Part shown: piece by piece, positions 13,768 to 26,697 of the stretch | Numbering within the stretch: the first letter of the stretch is position 1 | How the letters are laid out: every line of letters starts with the position of its first letter | NCBI RefSeq assembly: GCF_006345805.1 | Contig: NC_043006.1 | Location: 16,120,001 to 16,184,000 of the forward strand | Origin: Octopus sinensis | Lineage: Eukaryota | Length of the DNA: 64,000 nt | Reading direction: 5' to 3' | Notes under the pieces: model-generated | Seen by the model: only the letters and a program-made list of their open reading frames with translations | Databases searched by the model: none | What the model was told of the DNA's origin: nothing | Made by a program: the position numbers and the translations under genes

Positions 13768-13944
13768 AACTTAATATTTGCTCTTTGGATAATACGAGAA
13801 ACTTTAAAAGAGGTTAAACAAATACATCTACATTAATGACTATATTACCTGCCAATCTAAACTTTAAATTAATGGAAATTACTTTATAAACAATCCATAT
13901 GAGGTGCTACACAGAGCATTCGTTTGGATTTACAGTATTTATCC

Positions 13945-14188
13945 TTTTATTCTTTTATTTGTTTCAGTCATTTGACTGCAGTCATGCTGGAGCACCACCT
14001 TGAAGGGTTTTAGTCGAAGAAATCGACGCTAGGACATCTTTGTAAGTTTAGTACTTATTCTATCGGAGACTTTTGCCGGAACACTAAGTTACGGGGATGT
14101 AAACTCACCAACACCAGTTGTCAAACAGTGATGGGGGACAAACACAGTAACAAACACACACACACGCATATATATATATATATATATA

Positions 14189-14251
<63 letters not shown>

Positions 14252-14410
14252 GCTGGGTTTCTTTCAGTTTTCGTCTATCAAATCCACTCACAAGGCTTTG
14301 ATCGGCCCGGGGCTATAGCAGAAGACACTTGCCCAAGGTGCCGCGCAGTGGGCCTGAACCTGGAACCATGTGAGTAGGAAGCAAGCTTCTTACCACACAG
14401 CCACGCCTGC
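13945..14410 (-). mobile_element. SINE family A
   Basis: Same head, body and tail, with an expanded internal (TA)n. Confidence 0.9.
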
Positions 14411-15128
14411 ATCTATATTTACATTATCTTAACATTGTTTCACCTTATTGATATTATATCACTATAGAATATATCTATACATTTCATAGCCAAATCTTTG
14501 TGTTACAATGAATTTGAGCATTACAGCTATACAACGTGTTCGTAGTGAAAGAGGGTATCTTGTTGGAATTGCCTTCAGCAACTGTGTACCCTCCTTAACT
14601 ATCCACGAATACATTACTTAAAAAACTACAAATGTTAAGAGTTAAAGTAAACTGAATGAAGCAATTTTCATATTTAACTCTTTTCTTGGCACCAAGATTA
14701 AACATTATATTACGATTGCGCTAACAGTGTTTTGTTTTTAGATTACAATAAACTATAATTGTTATTTCCGCTCTGGGTATACGTTAATGTATGAAATATA
14801 CATTCAGCCGAAAACAAGGTAATTTTTTCTGTAAATCCTTACAAATTTTGATCTATGCTTCGTCAAAAGTAGTGTATATGCTTTTACTAATAGATGAAGT
14901 GCACCCGGTGTGAACTGCGTCTGCAACTTTATTATAGTTCAGGTTTAGATCCTTTTTACTTTCACTGTGGTTGTCTTTGGGGAAAAGTATTAACCTCACA
15001 ACCCTTCCAGTTCTTCTTCATATTACATGTAAACCATTTTGTTTGTGAAAGAAAATACATTGATGATATTGTCTATTTAAAGATAATGAAATCATAATCA
15101 ATTCCAGTTAACCTAAAAGGATACTTAC

Positions 15129-15146
15129 TGCACCATGTGAGATCAT
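15129..15146 (-). CDS. Candidate 18-nt micro-exon of an unidentified gene
   Basis: Minus strand cttttacttag|ATGATCTCACATGGTGCA|gtaagta has a consensus donor and acceptor. Splice signals are the only support. Confidence 0.25.
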
Positions 15147-15627
15147 CTAAGTAAAAGTATATCAAGATTTCAAGGATGATGGGATTATGGGATTTTAATT
15201 GTAGTGAAAGAACAAAGCAAACATCGATTAAGACCAGCGAAGCCTTCTATTTGCATAGAAAGAAAAACGAGGGAGAGAGGAGGTAAGAAATGGGGAGAGA
15301 AAATGTAATAAGTGAGGAGAGAGATGAAAGCGCAATTAACATGAGCAATCAATACAATGTACACGAGTTGTTAATACAAGCTTCGTGATAAATGAATCCA
15401 TAAATGGATCCGTATTGGCTGCTTGTATTTCCAATAGTTCTAAACACATAACGCTACTCATTTAACCCTAATTGAATTTGAAATATTCAATGATATTGTA
15501 TGTCTAAAAGTTTAGTTTAATCTTGAGAAGAAAGTAGTTTCTTACACATGAAAACACTGTGACAGGCCATTTACAGAATGGTCATAATCAGTTACTCTTT
15601 CATTAATTTCTAACGAAAGCGGAATGT

Positions 15628-15676
<49 letters not shown>

Positions 15677-15721
15677 ACACACACACATACATACACATAT
15701 AATACATACACAAAATACATG

Positions 15722-16105
15722 GATGGAAGCACTCCGTCGGTTACGACGACGAGGGTTCCAGTTGATCCGATCAACGGAACAGCCCTCGCTTTGAAATTAA
15801 CGTGTAAGTGGCTGAGCACTCCACAGACACGTGACACCTTAACGTAGTTCTCGGGGATATTCAGCGTGACACAGAGAGTGACAAGGCCGGCCCTTTGAAA
15901 TACTGGTACAACAGAAACAGGAAGTAAGAGTGAGAGAAAGTTGTGGTGAAAGAGTACAGCAGGGATCACCACCATCCCCTGCCGGAGCCTCGTGGAGCTC
16001 TAGGTGTTTTCGCTCAATAAACACTCACAACGCCCGGTCTGGGAATCGAAACCGCGATCCTACGACCGCGAATCCGCTGCCCTAACCACTGGGCCATTGC
16101 GCCTC
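15722..16105 (-). mobile_element. SINE family B (tRNA-derived), full length
   Basis: Minus strand head gaggcgcaatggcccagtggttagggcagcgg..ggtttcgattccc (A/B boxes) and tail taaccgacggagtgcttcca. Near-identical copy at 25218-25602. Confidence 0.9.
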
Positions 16106-16664
16106 ACATATACATACATACACACTGGAAAATATATAAATATAGAAACGGATATGCATATTAACATTTAGTAGCAATATTGCTGCACAGAGTCGAAAGT
16201 CTTATTGGTACATCTCTTGATGCACGCCTAGTCGTACACGTATGCTCGTTCAATACTTAGTGAAATATTGAACGAGTGCTGCCTAAGTCGATGCAGGTTT
16301 GTCAAGGTGGCTGACTGAGGTAGTTAACTTGGTAGCGAGAGCATTTTCAAATGTATGGTGGCATGTTAGTTACTCTGGAAGAATTTCACCGTCGTTCATA
16401 ACTAATTGTATACTTCTTTAGTTGATGTTCATAACCCACTGTATACTCCTTTGGTTGATGTTTTCACACCTTATATTTTTACACTTTTCACGCATGAACA
16501 TTTACTAACTGACTTTGCGCAGTAGTTTGTTTATTTATTTCCTTCTTGTCTCAAATTCTACTCATATTATTTGCGTCATTTTTACCAACACACACACACA
16601 CACTCTTTCACACAGACACACACAAATACATGTATAATATATATAATATATATAATGTATATAT

Positions 16665-16782
16665 GTATGCATGTAAGTATATATGTATGCATGCATGTAT
16701 GTATGTATGTATGTATGTATGTATGTATGTATGTATGTATGTATGTATGTATGTATGAATGTATGTATGTATGTATGTATGT
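16665..16782. repeat. (ATGT)n microsatellite
   Basis: Read directly from the sequence. Confidence 0.95.
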
Positions 16783-17535
16783 AAGTTCTAAAGGATGTTA
16801 CAGTAAAGGTAGCATACGAAATATCAAGTAGTGCTCAGTTAAGTCCGAAATTCAAACTTGAAGATCCTTCGAGGTAGGTAGCGCTGAAGTGGAAAGTCGG
16901 CTACAAAAACGATCTTCGTCGAGCGGGTAAGGAAGTAGAAACGACAGATAAATAAAAGTAAGCGGGCATGGAATGTATTTAGATAGAGGATTGCGTATTT
17001 GTATACACAGCATTTTATGTGAATACAGTCCTCACGCCTACTTTTTCTTATCTGTCATTCATGCTTTTATATATATATATATATAAGATGTTCGTTCCTT
17101 TGTCGGGGGGGCATTCTTTGGTGCTTGCTATAATGTAATCAAATTTGGATTTAATTTGAGACTAAATAATAGCCGATCGAATAAAAGCAAAGTAACATAC
17201 GTAGGTGTGTAATTGGATAAAAAAAAAATAACGGCAAAATCTCTATAAAACCATATTCCCTACAGTCTTAGAAATAGAAAAACACGTTGGATAGTTTGAT
17301 ACTAGATATACACCATTGATAAGAACAAAAGACGAGAAGCTCGTGACTTGTATGCTTTTCGTCCTACGCCAGTTCGACCTGGGACTGAAGAACAACCAAA
17401 CTACTTTACAGTAATGCATACATTCTGCTAGAAAAAGAAAACAAATACTGGTGATTTCCTTGAGAGTTCTCAGGTTTATAGTTGAGATCATATAGGATGC
17501 TGCAGTTTCCCTGCCTTTTACATGTTTATTTGCAA

Positions 17536-17927
17536 CTAGCAGTATCGCCCGGCGTTGCTCGGGTTTGTAAGGGAAATAACTATATAAGCATTTTTAGAGA
17601 GTTATAGCCCAAAAATAGCAAAAAATACATTAAAAATGGAAAAAAAATTATGGTAAATTTTTTTAATCGTTGATTCATCGTAGACATTTTTAGAGAGTTA
17701 CTTCCCTTATATAATAGCGAAAAAATGCATTAAAAGGGAAAAAATGATGGTATTTTTTTTTTAAATCGTAGATTCATCGTAGACGCGCGCTAATACCCAG
17801 AAGGGCTCGATATGAATCACGACTATAAGATACCCGGTTTTGGTTAAACTGCACCGCAAAATGTGGCAGTAGTTAGGAATCTAAATCGTAGGAGACAGAC
17901 ACACATCTTCTCTTCTATATATAAAGA
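17536..17927 (-). mobile_element. Non-autonomous Helitron (392 bp)
   Basis: Minus strand starts A|TCTTTATATATAG and ends with the hairpin cccgagcaacgccggg plus CTAG|T. It is inserted between A and T without a TSD, carries an internal ~95-bp direct duplication, and has a second copy at 59515-59910. Confidence 0.92.
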
Positions 17928-18142
17928 TTTCAAAAACAGAACTGAGTCATATTAACCAAAGAGGAGAGTCAATCTAATAGATACCATGTAATTTATTTTT
18001 AAATGCTGCACTGAAACTCGACAGATTTGAACTCAGAACTAACGATTCGCAAACTCAGTATCACATTCCCATTGCAATTTCTTCTCTGATAAAAAGTGTT
18101 TTCGTATCACAAAGATTTTAATAGCTGAGAAGGAGAGAGAGA

Positions 18143-18177
<35 letters not shown>

Positions 18178-19129
18178 GGAGAGAGAGAGAGAGAGACGGG
18201 GGAAGAGAGAAGTGACAATAGTTGATTCAATTCTAAGCAGTAGTGTAATATAAATATTGGTTTAGATGAACGGACCATAGTTCAGAAGATTTGATCGTAA
18301 TTTAAAAGAATCGAGTATAAAAAGGCAGTTGTTTAAAACTCATTAATGGTATTAAAATCTCATTAATAGGTACCATGCTTTATATCCATTCCACCTGACT
18401 AGAATACCTTAAATTTTTTTGAATCTAATATGTGCGAAAATGCAATAAAGAATTTATGGTGCAAAAGTCTGGATATTTATTTTGTCACACAAGATACAAA
18501 ACAAATTAATCGTCTTTACAACGGCAGCAGTGGATGTTAACAGCGCATGCGTTATAATGTTTTGCTAATTAAAATCTACCTAATAATAGCTTTGTTGGAG
18601 AAAATAAAATATCAAAGTTTCAAAGTATGGGTTTTTACTGTCCTGCTTCTGTTTTACAGTGAACATTTCCGTTTAAACTTAAAATGATAGAGAAAAAAGA
18701 TACGCTTAAAGTATAATTTTCTTCCGTTTTCGATGTAAAGTTTATCAGAGAAGAAAACAAATCTGGCAAATTATCTTTGAGATTGATATTTTTCATAGAG
18801 ATTTCAGTGGTATTTAATTGCATATCACGCTGTCCTTTCTCCTGCACGTTCTAATTTAACTTTAACTCCTTAATAGAGAAATCGTTAATTATAAGTCAAT
18901 TTGAAAGAAATACATTTTAAAAGACAGCCACAACCACTCCAAAAAAGAAAAAAAAAAAAAAAAACAGAGAAGATATGCAAATGTGTTTTATGATAAACAT
19001 GTTCTTTCATTCTGTTCACTGATCATATATGTTGGGTGGGTGTGTATGTGTGTGGAGTTTCTTTGTGTGAGCGGTACCAGAAGCAGTAAGATGCATCCAA
19101 GGCGTGGTTACTGGACTTGAAAACTGCTC

Positions 19130-19245
19130 AATCGCATGCACACACACACACATACACACACACACGCATACATACATACATACATACATAAATACATACA
19201 TGCATACATACATGTATATAGATATATGTATGTATATATATATAT

Positions 19246-19289
<44 letters not shown>

Positions 19290-19459
19290 AGATATAGATA
19301 TATAGTATATAGATAGATAGATATAGATATATAGATAGATAGATAGATAGAGATAGATTAGAATAGAATAGATAGATAGATATATATATAGATAGATATA
19401 TATATATATATATAGATATATGTAATTATATATAGTATGTATATATAAATATATATAAA

Positions 19460-19497
<38 letters not shown>

Positions 19498-19600
19498 ATG
19501 CCCAACATGGATACATATATATATATGTCAAATCATGTATATATATATATATAATATGTCCAAATATATACTATATATATAGTATATATATATATATCAT
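19130..19600. repeat. Compound (CA)/(TACA)/(TA)/(GATA) microsatellite block
   Basis: Read directly from the sequence. Confidence 0.9.
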
Positions 19601-19969
19601 ATGCCAACTCATGTACGTGTGTGCGTTTGCATATAACTATGTATCTGCGTATGTATGTGTGCACCTATATAAATTTTATGCACTTGCAGTAAACATATGG
19701 CAACAGCAGGTTGACATTTTCATTGTCAAGAGAAACAAACAACTACACTGAATTCAATCAATAAACGCATAAAAGCATTGTTGCTTTTAATAGAGATTCG
19801 TGTATAACTTTCAAATCTTCCCTGAATCCGCCTCGTATGTGAAGCATTAACGCATATTAATTTCTGAGAGCGTGCATGTACGTATGTATGTATGCAAGTA
19901 CCTTTGTATTCATTTATGTATGTATTTATATATAATGTACATACTACTTACCTTAGCATGTATGTATGT

Positions 19970-20495
19970 CAGTATTCAGTTTTATTCAAGATTCCATGCC
20001 AATAGAGAAAGAGCCAGTTTCTAACCTAGATCCAAGGCTCCTTCATTGGAATTTCAATATCAACAGAATTGTTGTATGCATATATGTATATACGCAGATT
20101 TGCATGTTTTGTTTAATATTTTTATTTTCATGCATATAGTTGCATATCTAGACATGCTCATATACACTTAAATGATAAACTTCTGAAAAGTTTCACAGAT
20201 TTTTACAGTTCCAGTGATGGCTTGAATCTGTAGTCTTCGAATAAGCTTCATCCTTTCTGGTTGTGAGAAGCCTAATTTCTCAAGATTGGTATTTAGGCAT
20301 TGTGTTACATATCCCAATGTCCTAATAGTTACATGTATAAATCTGAACTTGTAATCTGGATAGAGTAACCACAGATTTCTCAATAGTTCGGCATAGATAT
20401 TGTCTTTTTCGCTGATGCTTAACTTTATGTTAACATCCGCTGGGCAGCTGATTTTCACAACTGTACACTACTCTATCCCAAATCATTATATCAGA
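19970..20495 (-). mobile_element. 3' end of an RLE-type non-LTR retrotransposon (R4/Dong-like)
   Basis: ORF 20168-20458 (ISCPADVNI..EKDNIYAEL..FIHVTIRTLG..QIQAITGTVKI) resembles the C-terminal restriction-like endonuclease region. The 3' UTR ends aataaaa followed by (catac)n. Confidence 0.7.
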
Positions 20496-20527
20496 TGTGT
20501 GAATGTGTGTGTGCGTATACATGTATG

Positions 20528-20762
20528 AAGGCGGCGAGCTGGCAGAAACGTTATCACGGCGGGCGAAATGCTTAGCGGTATTTCGTCTGCCGTTACGTTG
20601 TGAGTTCAAATTCCGCCGAGGTCGACTTTGCCTTTCATCCTTTCGGGGTCGATAAATTAAGTACCAGTTACGAACTGGGGTCGATGTAATCGACTTAATA
20701 CCTATGTCTGTCCTTGTTTGTTCCCTCTGTGTTTAGCCCCTTGTGGGTAATAAAGAAATAGG
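20528..20762 (+). mobile_element. SINE family C, full-length monomer
   Basis: Head ggcggcgagctggcagaaacgttatcacggc..gagttcaaattcc, body gtcgactttgcctttcatcctttcggggtcgataaa, tail gtgtttagccccttgtgggtaataaagaaata. Confidence 0.92.
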
Positions 20763-21164
20763 TATACATGTATGACTGAAAATGTGCAAAATAGTCCATT
20801 GAGAAACTGCGCTGTGTTTCGAACGAGAGATATGAGGTGTCTTTAAAGATTTTTTTGGAACAGAAATATCAGTAAGAATCTTCTCTTAAATCTATTAAGT
20901 CTTCTTTCTAGAACTTTTCTAAATTTTCTTTTATTTCTTGAAAATCTTGCTACCACTAATTTCACCAAACTGTTCGCGTACCACACCAATATGCACTGGC
21001 GCATTTGACGGTTAAACATTCAGCACTTGATGGGGTTCGTTTGGTTTATCAAAAATAGCAACAAAATCTCCCTCAAATTACACCACCTGTCTTTTTCACA
21101 ATGTATGGAGCTGTGTGTGTGTAATGTTCTAGTTGATGGTGGGTGGGTGGGTGTTCCTTGTATT

Positions 21165-21580
21165 TTGCATAAACTGGAAGGACTGGTACCAAACTTTTGA
21201 ATAAAGAGCTATACCAGACCGCGAACAGGACGTCACTGTGTTGTCCCCATTGTGTCAACTGCTTAATCTCGGGCAAGGACGAAGTACTGCAATAGCTTGG
21301 GTTTAAAGGGCCTACAGCTGTTTAACTGTCTGCCGAATCATCTGAGGAACCTCCATGGAGTGGATGTAGACGTTTTCAAATGTGAACTTGACCTCTGGCT
21401 CACCGAGATCCCGGATAAACCAATATCTCAGCAAGAAACTCAAAAGAGGGCTGTAGCATCGAACTCCATCCTTCACCAGAAGCCGCTCCGACAAAGGTGG
21501 AAAGTGGAAAGATGATTACAATGGCGGTGCTCCAGCATGGCCACAGTCATTGGACTGAAACACATAAAAGAATAAAAGAA
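21165..21580 (+). mobile_element. 3' fragment of a CR1/L2-like LINE
   Basis: LEGLVPNF..RTGRHCVVP..GLQLFNCLPNHLRNLHGVDVDVFKCELDLWL is homologous to ORF 52557-53249. The tail is ggcggtgctccagcatggccacagtcattggactgaaac. Confidence 0.88.
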
Positions 21581-21584
21581 TACG

Positions 21585-21975
21585 GCTGCTGATGGCTCGT
21601 TGGATCTCCTGGCTTAGGTCGGCCTTCATATTTTCTAGATAAATCAGTAAAGAGTTGCCTCTTTGGTTGCCACTTCGTTAGATGATTCATTGTTCATGGT
21701 TATATTATTTTGTTGCGGTTTTCCCATAGTTCCGTCTTTGTTGCTTGGTTTAGAAGGTGAAGTGTGGTTGTATTTTATTTTTGTTGTTGTTGTAGCATCC
21801 TCTGTTGCTGTTTATTCTTATTTTTCATTCGTTTTGTACCCTTCAGATGATGGTAGATGCATTTTAGATTCAGACACATCCTTAGTGATGCAGAATTTTG
21901 ACACAGTTTAGAATGAAAGAAGGTGCATCCGTTGCTTTTTTGCATCCATATTTAGGATCAGGGCTATGGACTCTA
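21585..21975 (-). pseudogene. Probable LINE ORF1 remnant with a Cys/His zinc-finger-like motif
   Basis: Minus strand PDPKYGCKK / CTFFHSKLCQNSASLRMCLNLKCIYHHLKGTK (frameshifted), followed by N/K/T-rich sequence. Recalled similarity to ORF1 of invertebrate CR1/L2-type LINEs. Confidence 0.5.
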
Positions 21976-21992
21976 TGTATACACGTGTGTGT

Positions 21993-22072
<80 letters not shown>

Positions 22073-22393
22073 TGTGTGTGTGTGTATGCGCATCTGAGTC
22101 TTTCTGGTTGTATTTTTTACTCTTCGCTGGGCAAGCGATTTTTCGTTTAAGACCCCGGAACTTATGCGGTTCGGCAAAAGAACCGATAGAATATATATAT
22201 ATCAAACTTAAAATAAGTGCTGAGGGCCGACTTTTTCGACAAACCCTAAGGGTGTGTTCAAGAATGGGCACAGTCCAATAACTGAAACAATTGTAATCGT
22301 GAAATAGTTGTAAGATTGGTGATAAAAGTGCATTAGGAACAACTGTGTAGTTTTAGGCAAAACTTTACTAGACATAGTATTTATTACAGAACT

Positions 22394-22775
22394 CTTTGTT
22401 TCAGTCATTTGACTGCGGCCATGCTGGAGCACCGCCTTTAGTCGAGTAAATCGACCCCAGGACTTATTCTTTGTTTGCTTAGTACTTATTCTATTGGTCT
22501 CTTTTTTTGAACCACTAAGTTATGGGGACGCAAACACACCAGCATCGGTTGTCAAGCGATGTTGGGGGGGACAAAAACACACACACATATATATATATAC
22601 ATACATATATACGACGTGCTTCTTTCAGTTTCCGTCTACCAAATCCACTCGCAAGGCTTTAATCGGCCCGAGGCTATAATAGAAGACACTTTCCCAAGGT
22701 GACACGCAGTGGGACTCAACCCGAAACCATGTGGTTGGTAAGCAAGCTAATTACCACACAGTCACTCCAGCGCCT
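22394..22775 (-). mobile_element. SINE family A
   Basis: Homologous to the other copies. Confidence 0.9.
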
Positions 22776-22925
22776 AACGAAGATCAGATATTTTCTCTGC
22801 CTGTGGAAAATGAGGTCGATCGTGTGTATTAGTAAAGACTGATAATCTAAGAAGATTGATCATTTTTCCCAGGTAAATGCCTAAGGAAAGTTTGGCGTAG
22901 TACCATTCCATATCAGGTAACTTAC

Positions 22926-23003
22926 CTTTTGCCTCATATTATTTGGAGACAAAGTAATTGGAAGAGGTGGCACAGAGGTTTTCTGATTTACTTGAGCGGA
23001 GAG
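22926..23003 (-). CDS. Candidate internal exon, 78 nt, phase 0-0 (LSAQVNQKTSVPPLPITLSPNNMRQK)
   Basis: Acceptor ggttttccattttgtag, donor AAG|gtaagt, open frame, unique sequence. Confidence 0.45.
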
Positions 23004-23039
23004 CTACAAAATGGAAAACCACAAAGAAGTCATCCCAGA

Positions 23040-23405
23040 TATTTGCTCCGACTCTTTAAATTTCGAGTTCAAATCTCGCCGAGGTGAACCTTGCTTTCCA
23101 TCCTTTCGGGGCTAATAAAATAATGGTCAATGTAATAAAATAACCAGCTCACATAAAAATATTGCTGGCCTTGTGCCACAATTGTGAAACAGTAAAGCTA
23201 AGAGCTGGCAAACTTGTTAGAGCGTTGGAAAAAAAATTTAATTTGCAGTAATTGTTCCGGTTCTTTATGTTCTGATTTCAAATCCCGCCAAGGTAAATTT
23301 TTGCCTTTCATCCTTCGTTGATCAAAAAAATAAAATACCAGGGTCGAAGGCGTCAGATAATCCCCACCTCACAAAATTAAGGCCTTATGCGTAAATTAGA
23401 AATTG
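23040..23405 (+). mobile_element. Two degenerate SINE family C copies with the alternative tail
   Basis: gagttcaaatctcgccgagg..cctttcgggg body and ggccttgtgcc-type tail. Confidence 0.65.
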
Positions 23406-23477
23406 TATGTAGTAGTAGTAGTAGTAGTAGTAGTAGAGGAGGGCTGATAGTGGCGGTCGCAGTGGTAGTAGAGGTAA

Positions 23478-24416
23478 AGGCGGCGGGCTGGCAGAAACGT
23501 TAGGACGCCGGGCGAAACGCTAAGCGGTTTTTCGTCTGCGTTACGTTCTGAGTTCAAATTCCGCCGAGATCGACTATGCCTTTCATCCTTTCAGGGTCAA
23601 TTAAATAATCGACTTACTCCGTTTGTCTGTCCTTGTTTGTCCTCTCTGTGTTTAGCCCCTTGTGGGTAGTAAAGAAATAGGTATTTCGTCTGCCGCTACG
23701 TTCTGAGTTCAAATTCTGCCGAGGTCGACTTTGCCTTTCATCCTTTCGGGGTCGATTAAATAAGTACCAGTTACGCACTGGGGTCGATATAATCGACTTA
23801 ATCTGTTTGTCTGTCCTTGTTTGTCCCTTCTGTGTTTAGCCCCTTGTGGGTAGTAAAGAAATAGGTATTTCGTCTGCCGCTACGTTCTGAGTTCAAATTC
23901 TGCCGAGGTCGACTTTGCCTTTCATCCTTTCGGGGTCGATTAAATAAGTACCAGTTACGCACTGGGGTCGATATAATCGACTTAATCTGTTTGTCTGTCC
24001 TTGTTTGTCCCTTCTGTGTTTAGCCCCTTGTGGTTAGTAAAGAAATAGGTATTTCGTCTGCCGCTACGTTCTGAGTTCAAATTCTGCCGAGGTCGACTTT
24101 GCCTTTCATCCTTTCGGGGTCGATTAAATAAGTACCAGTTACGCACTGGGGTCGATATAATCGACTTAATCTGTTTGTCTGTCCTTGTTTGTCCCTTCTG
24201 TGTTTAGCCCCTTGTGGGTAGTAAAGAAATAGGTATTTCGTCTGCCGCTACGTTCTGAGTTCAAATTCTGCCGAGGTCGACTTTGCCTTTCATCCTTTCG
24301 GGGTCGATTAAATAAGTACCAGTTACGCACTGGGGTCGATATAATCGATTTAATCTGTTTGTCTGTCCTTGTTTGTCCCTTCTGTGTTTAGCCCCTTGTC
24401 GGTAGTAAAGAAATAG

Positions 24417-24417
<1 letters not shown>
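23478..24417 (+). repeat. SINE family C tandem multimer: head unit plus four 184-bp head-less units, flanked by (TAG)n
   Basis: Units start with gtatttcgtctg at 23681, 23865, 24049 and 24233 and are near-identical. Confidence 0.95.
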
Positions 24418-24468
<51 letters not shown>

Positions 24469-25217
24469 AAGCAACAGCAGAAACTGTCGTAATGTTTGAT
24501 GTAATTTACTGTTGCTTTCGTGGCTCGCCTGCTTGTTTACTTTTCCGGGGGTTTTTTTTTTAATTCTTTCAATTTAGTAATAAATAATGCAGTGTTTGAA
24601 AATGCCAAAAATCAAACATTCTTTTTAATTAAATGTCTATTCCTGGAAAATTCATCTACGGATAGATTAAAATCATTCGTAATAATAATTTCTTATATAT
24701 TTCTTTTTTATATATCCTTCATTATTTTCCATCATTTCATTTCCAAACTTCTTTTTTTTTTTGTTTTATTCATTATTGATTATCTTATACCTCTGATATA
24801 TTTATTTTTTAATAAATTTACATACTATAACCATAAAAAGAATCAAATTATAGTTCTTATTTTATATATATATATATATATTAAAAGGTAAATATTTTCT
24901 ATGTCTCACTGCTTATAAATTATTGTTTTATATAACTATTTATGCTTATAGAAAACCAACATAAAGTTAGTCATTTTGATGAAACTGTTTCTATCATTTT
25001 TTTTTTCAATAAAATGTTTGTGGAAATGTTAGAAGAGAATTGCTTTCCATATCAGCAAATTTAAGTTTCGAACGAGGACTGTAACTATATGAAATCATTT
25101 TCAGTATGAAGTAGGAAATTCCGACTAACAATAAAGCTCCAGTTTAGGATTCGGATGGCTATAAGATAACAGAAGTATATATAGTTAGGTAGAGATATAT
25201 TACTAGAGATATATGAT

Positions 25218-25602
25218 ATGGAAGCACTCCGTCGGTTACGACGATGAGGGTTCCGGTTGATCCAGATCAATGGAACAGCCTGCTCGTGAAATTAACGTGT
25301 AAGTGGCTGAGCACTCCACAGACACGTGCACCCTTAACGTAGTTCTCGGGGATATTCAGCGTGACACAGAGAGTGACAAGGCCGGCCCCTTGAAATACAG
25401 GTACAACAGAAACAGGAAGTAAGAGTGAGAGAAAGTTGTGGTGAAAGAGTACAGCAGGGATCACCACCATCCCCTGCCGGAGCCTCGTGGAGCTTTAGGT
25501 GTTTTCGCTCAATAAACACTCACAACGCCCGGTCTGGGAATCGAAACCGCGATCCTATGACCGCGAGTCTGCTGCCCTAACCACTGGGCCATTGCGCCTC
25601 CA
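25218..25602 (-). mobile_element. SINE family B, full length
   Basis: Near-identical to 15722-16105. Confidence 0.9.
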
Positions 25603-25740
25603 TTGATATATGATATATGATATACATGGTTTGATAAATAATTATGTTTAAGCAGAATATACTCTACTTATATTGTTCTTCTTGTTCATACGCTCCAATA
25701 TGTGTATGTAAACAGTGATGATTGTCAAGGGAATACTTAC

Positions 25741-25775
25741 CAATCTACATCCAGGGATACGAGTTCGCATCTTCT
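25741..25775 (-). CDS. Candidate 35-nt exon
   Basis: Minus strand catcttgtctgcag|AGAAGATGCGAACTCGTATCCCTGGATGTAGATTG|gtaagta. The phase 1-0 reading (KMRTRIPGCRL) is compatible with the exon at 22926-23003. Confidence 0.35.
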
Positions 25776-26002
25776 CTGCAGACAAGATGCGTACAACTCG
25801 ATATTAAGTAAATGATACGACGTGTATCATGCAAAATTATCCATCAGCAACACTGGGGGAAAATAAGCGAGGATTTCGATGGTTCGCAGAGCTATTGCTT
25901 TGGCCTTAACTTTTCCTATCATCCTTTCGGGATCGATAAAATAAAGTACCAGTCAAATACTGATATCAAATTAATCGAATTCTTTTTCCGGTAAAATTTA
26001 TA

Positions 26003-26472
26003 AGCGCAGACGTGGCTGCGTGGTAAGGACCAAAGTCTTTTGGGTGGATATTGTAGATGTACACTAAAAGAAGCGCGTCGTATATACATATATATGTGTG
26101 TGTGTTCTTGTTTCTTTGCGTTTATCCCTACTATTGCTTGACAACCGGTACTGGTTTGTTTACGTCGCCGTATTCCTGCGATTCGGCAAACGAGACGGAT
26201 GGAATAAGTATTAGGTTTTAAAAAATAAGTATAAAAGTTAATGTGTTCGAACTAAACCGTGCAAGGCCGTACTCCATCCTGGCCGATGGATAATTTGACA
26301 ACCGGTACTGGTTTGTTTACGTCGCCGTAATCCAGCGATTCGGCAAAAGAGACGGATGGAATAAGTATTAGGTTTTAAAAAATAAGTATAAAAGTTAATG
26401 TGTTCGAACTAAACCGTGCAAGGCCGTACTCCATCCAGGCCGAAGTCCCATGACTGAAACAAGTAAAAGATA
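26003..26472 (+). mobile_element. Old SINE family A copy with an internal 157-bp tandem duplication
   Basis: ttgacaaccggtactggtttgtttacgtcgccgt occurs at 26138 and again at 26295. Confidence 0.8.
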
Positions 26473-26697
26473 AAAGGTTTTGATGTATGCTTGCAATGAA
26501 ATACTAAAATAAAGTGTGAGGCATAGAATTTGTAAAGCGTTAATAGTTTTATGTATGCATGTCATTATAAGATTTTGCACGAGTTCAGTTGCATATTATT
26601 GCTCAGGATTGCAATGTATAAGTGAAAGTATGATATTGGTTGAGTGCATAAATGTACATCTACGAATTTGTGTTTGTATAATATTTGTACATTTATT

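Noticed and set aside
15129-15146. DDLTWC resemblance to CD38/ADP-ribosyl cyclase
   Set aside because: Only six residues match, and no neighbouring exon candidate fits the family.
16030-16105. tRNA genes at SINE heads
   Set aside because: A/B boxes are present but run straight into SINE bodies, with no complete cloverleaf or terminator.
23681-24417. Regular array resembling a CRISPR or satellite
   Set aside because: There are no unique spacers; the units are complete SINE bodies and the context is eukaryotic.
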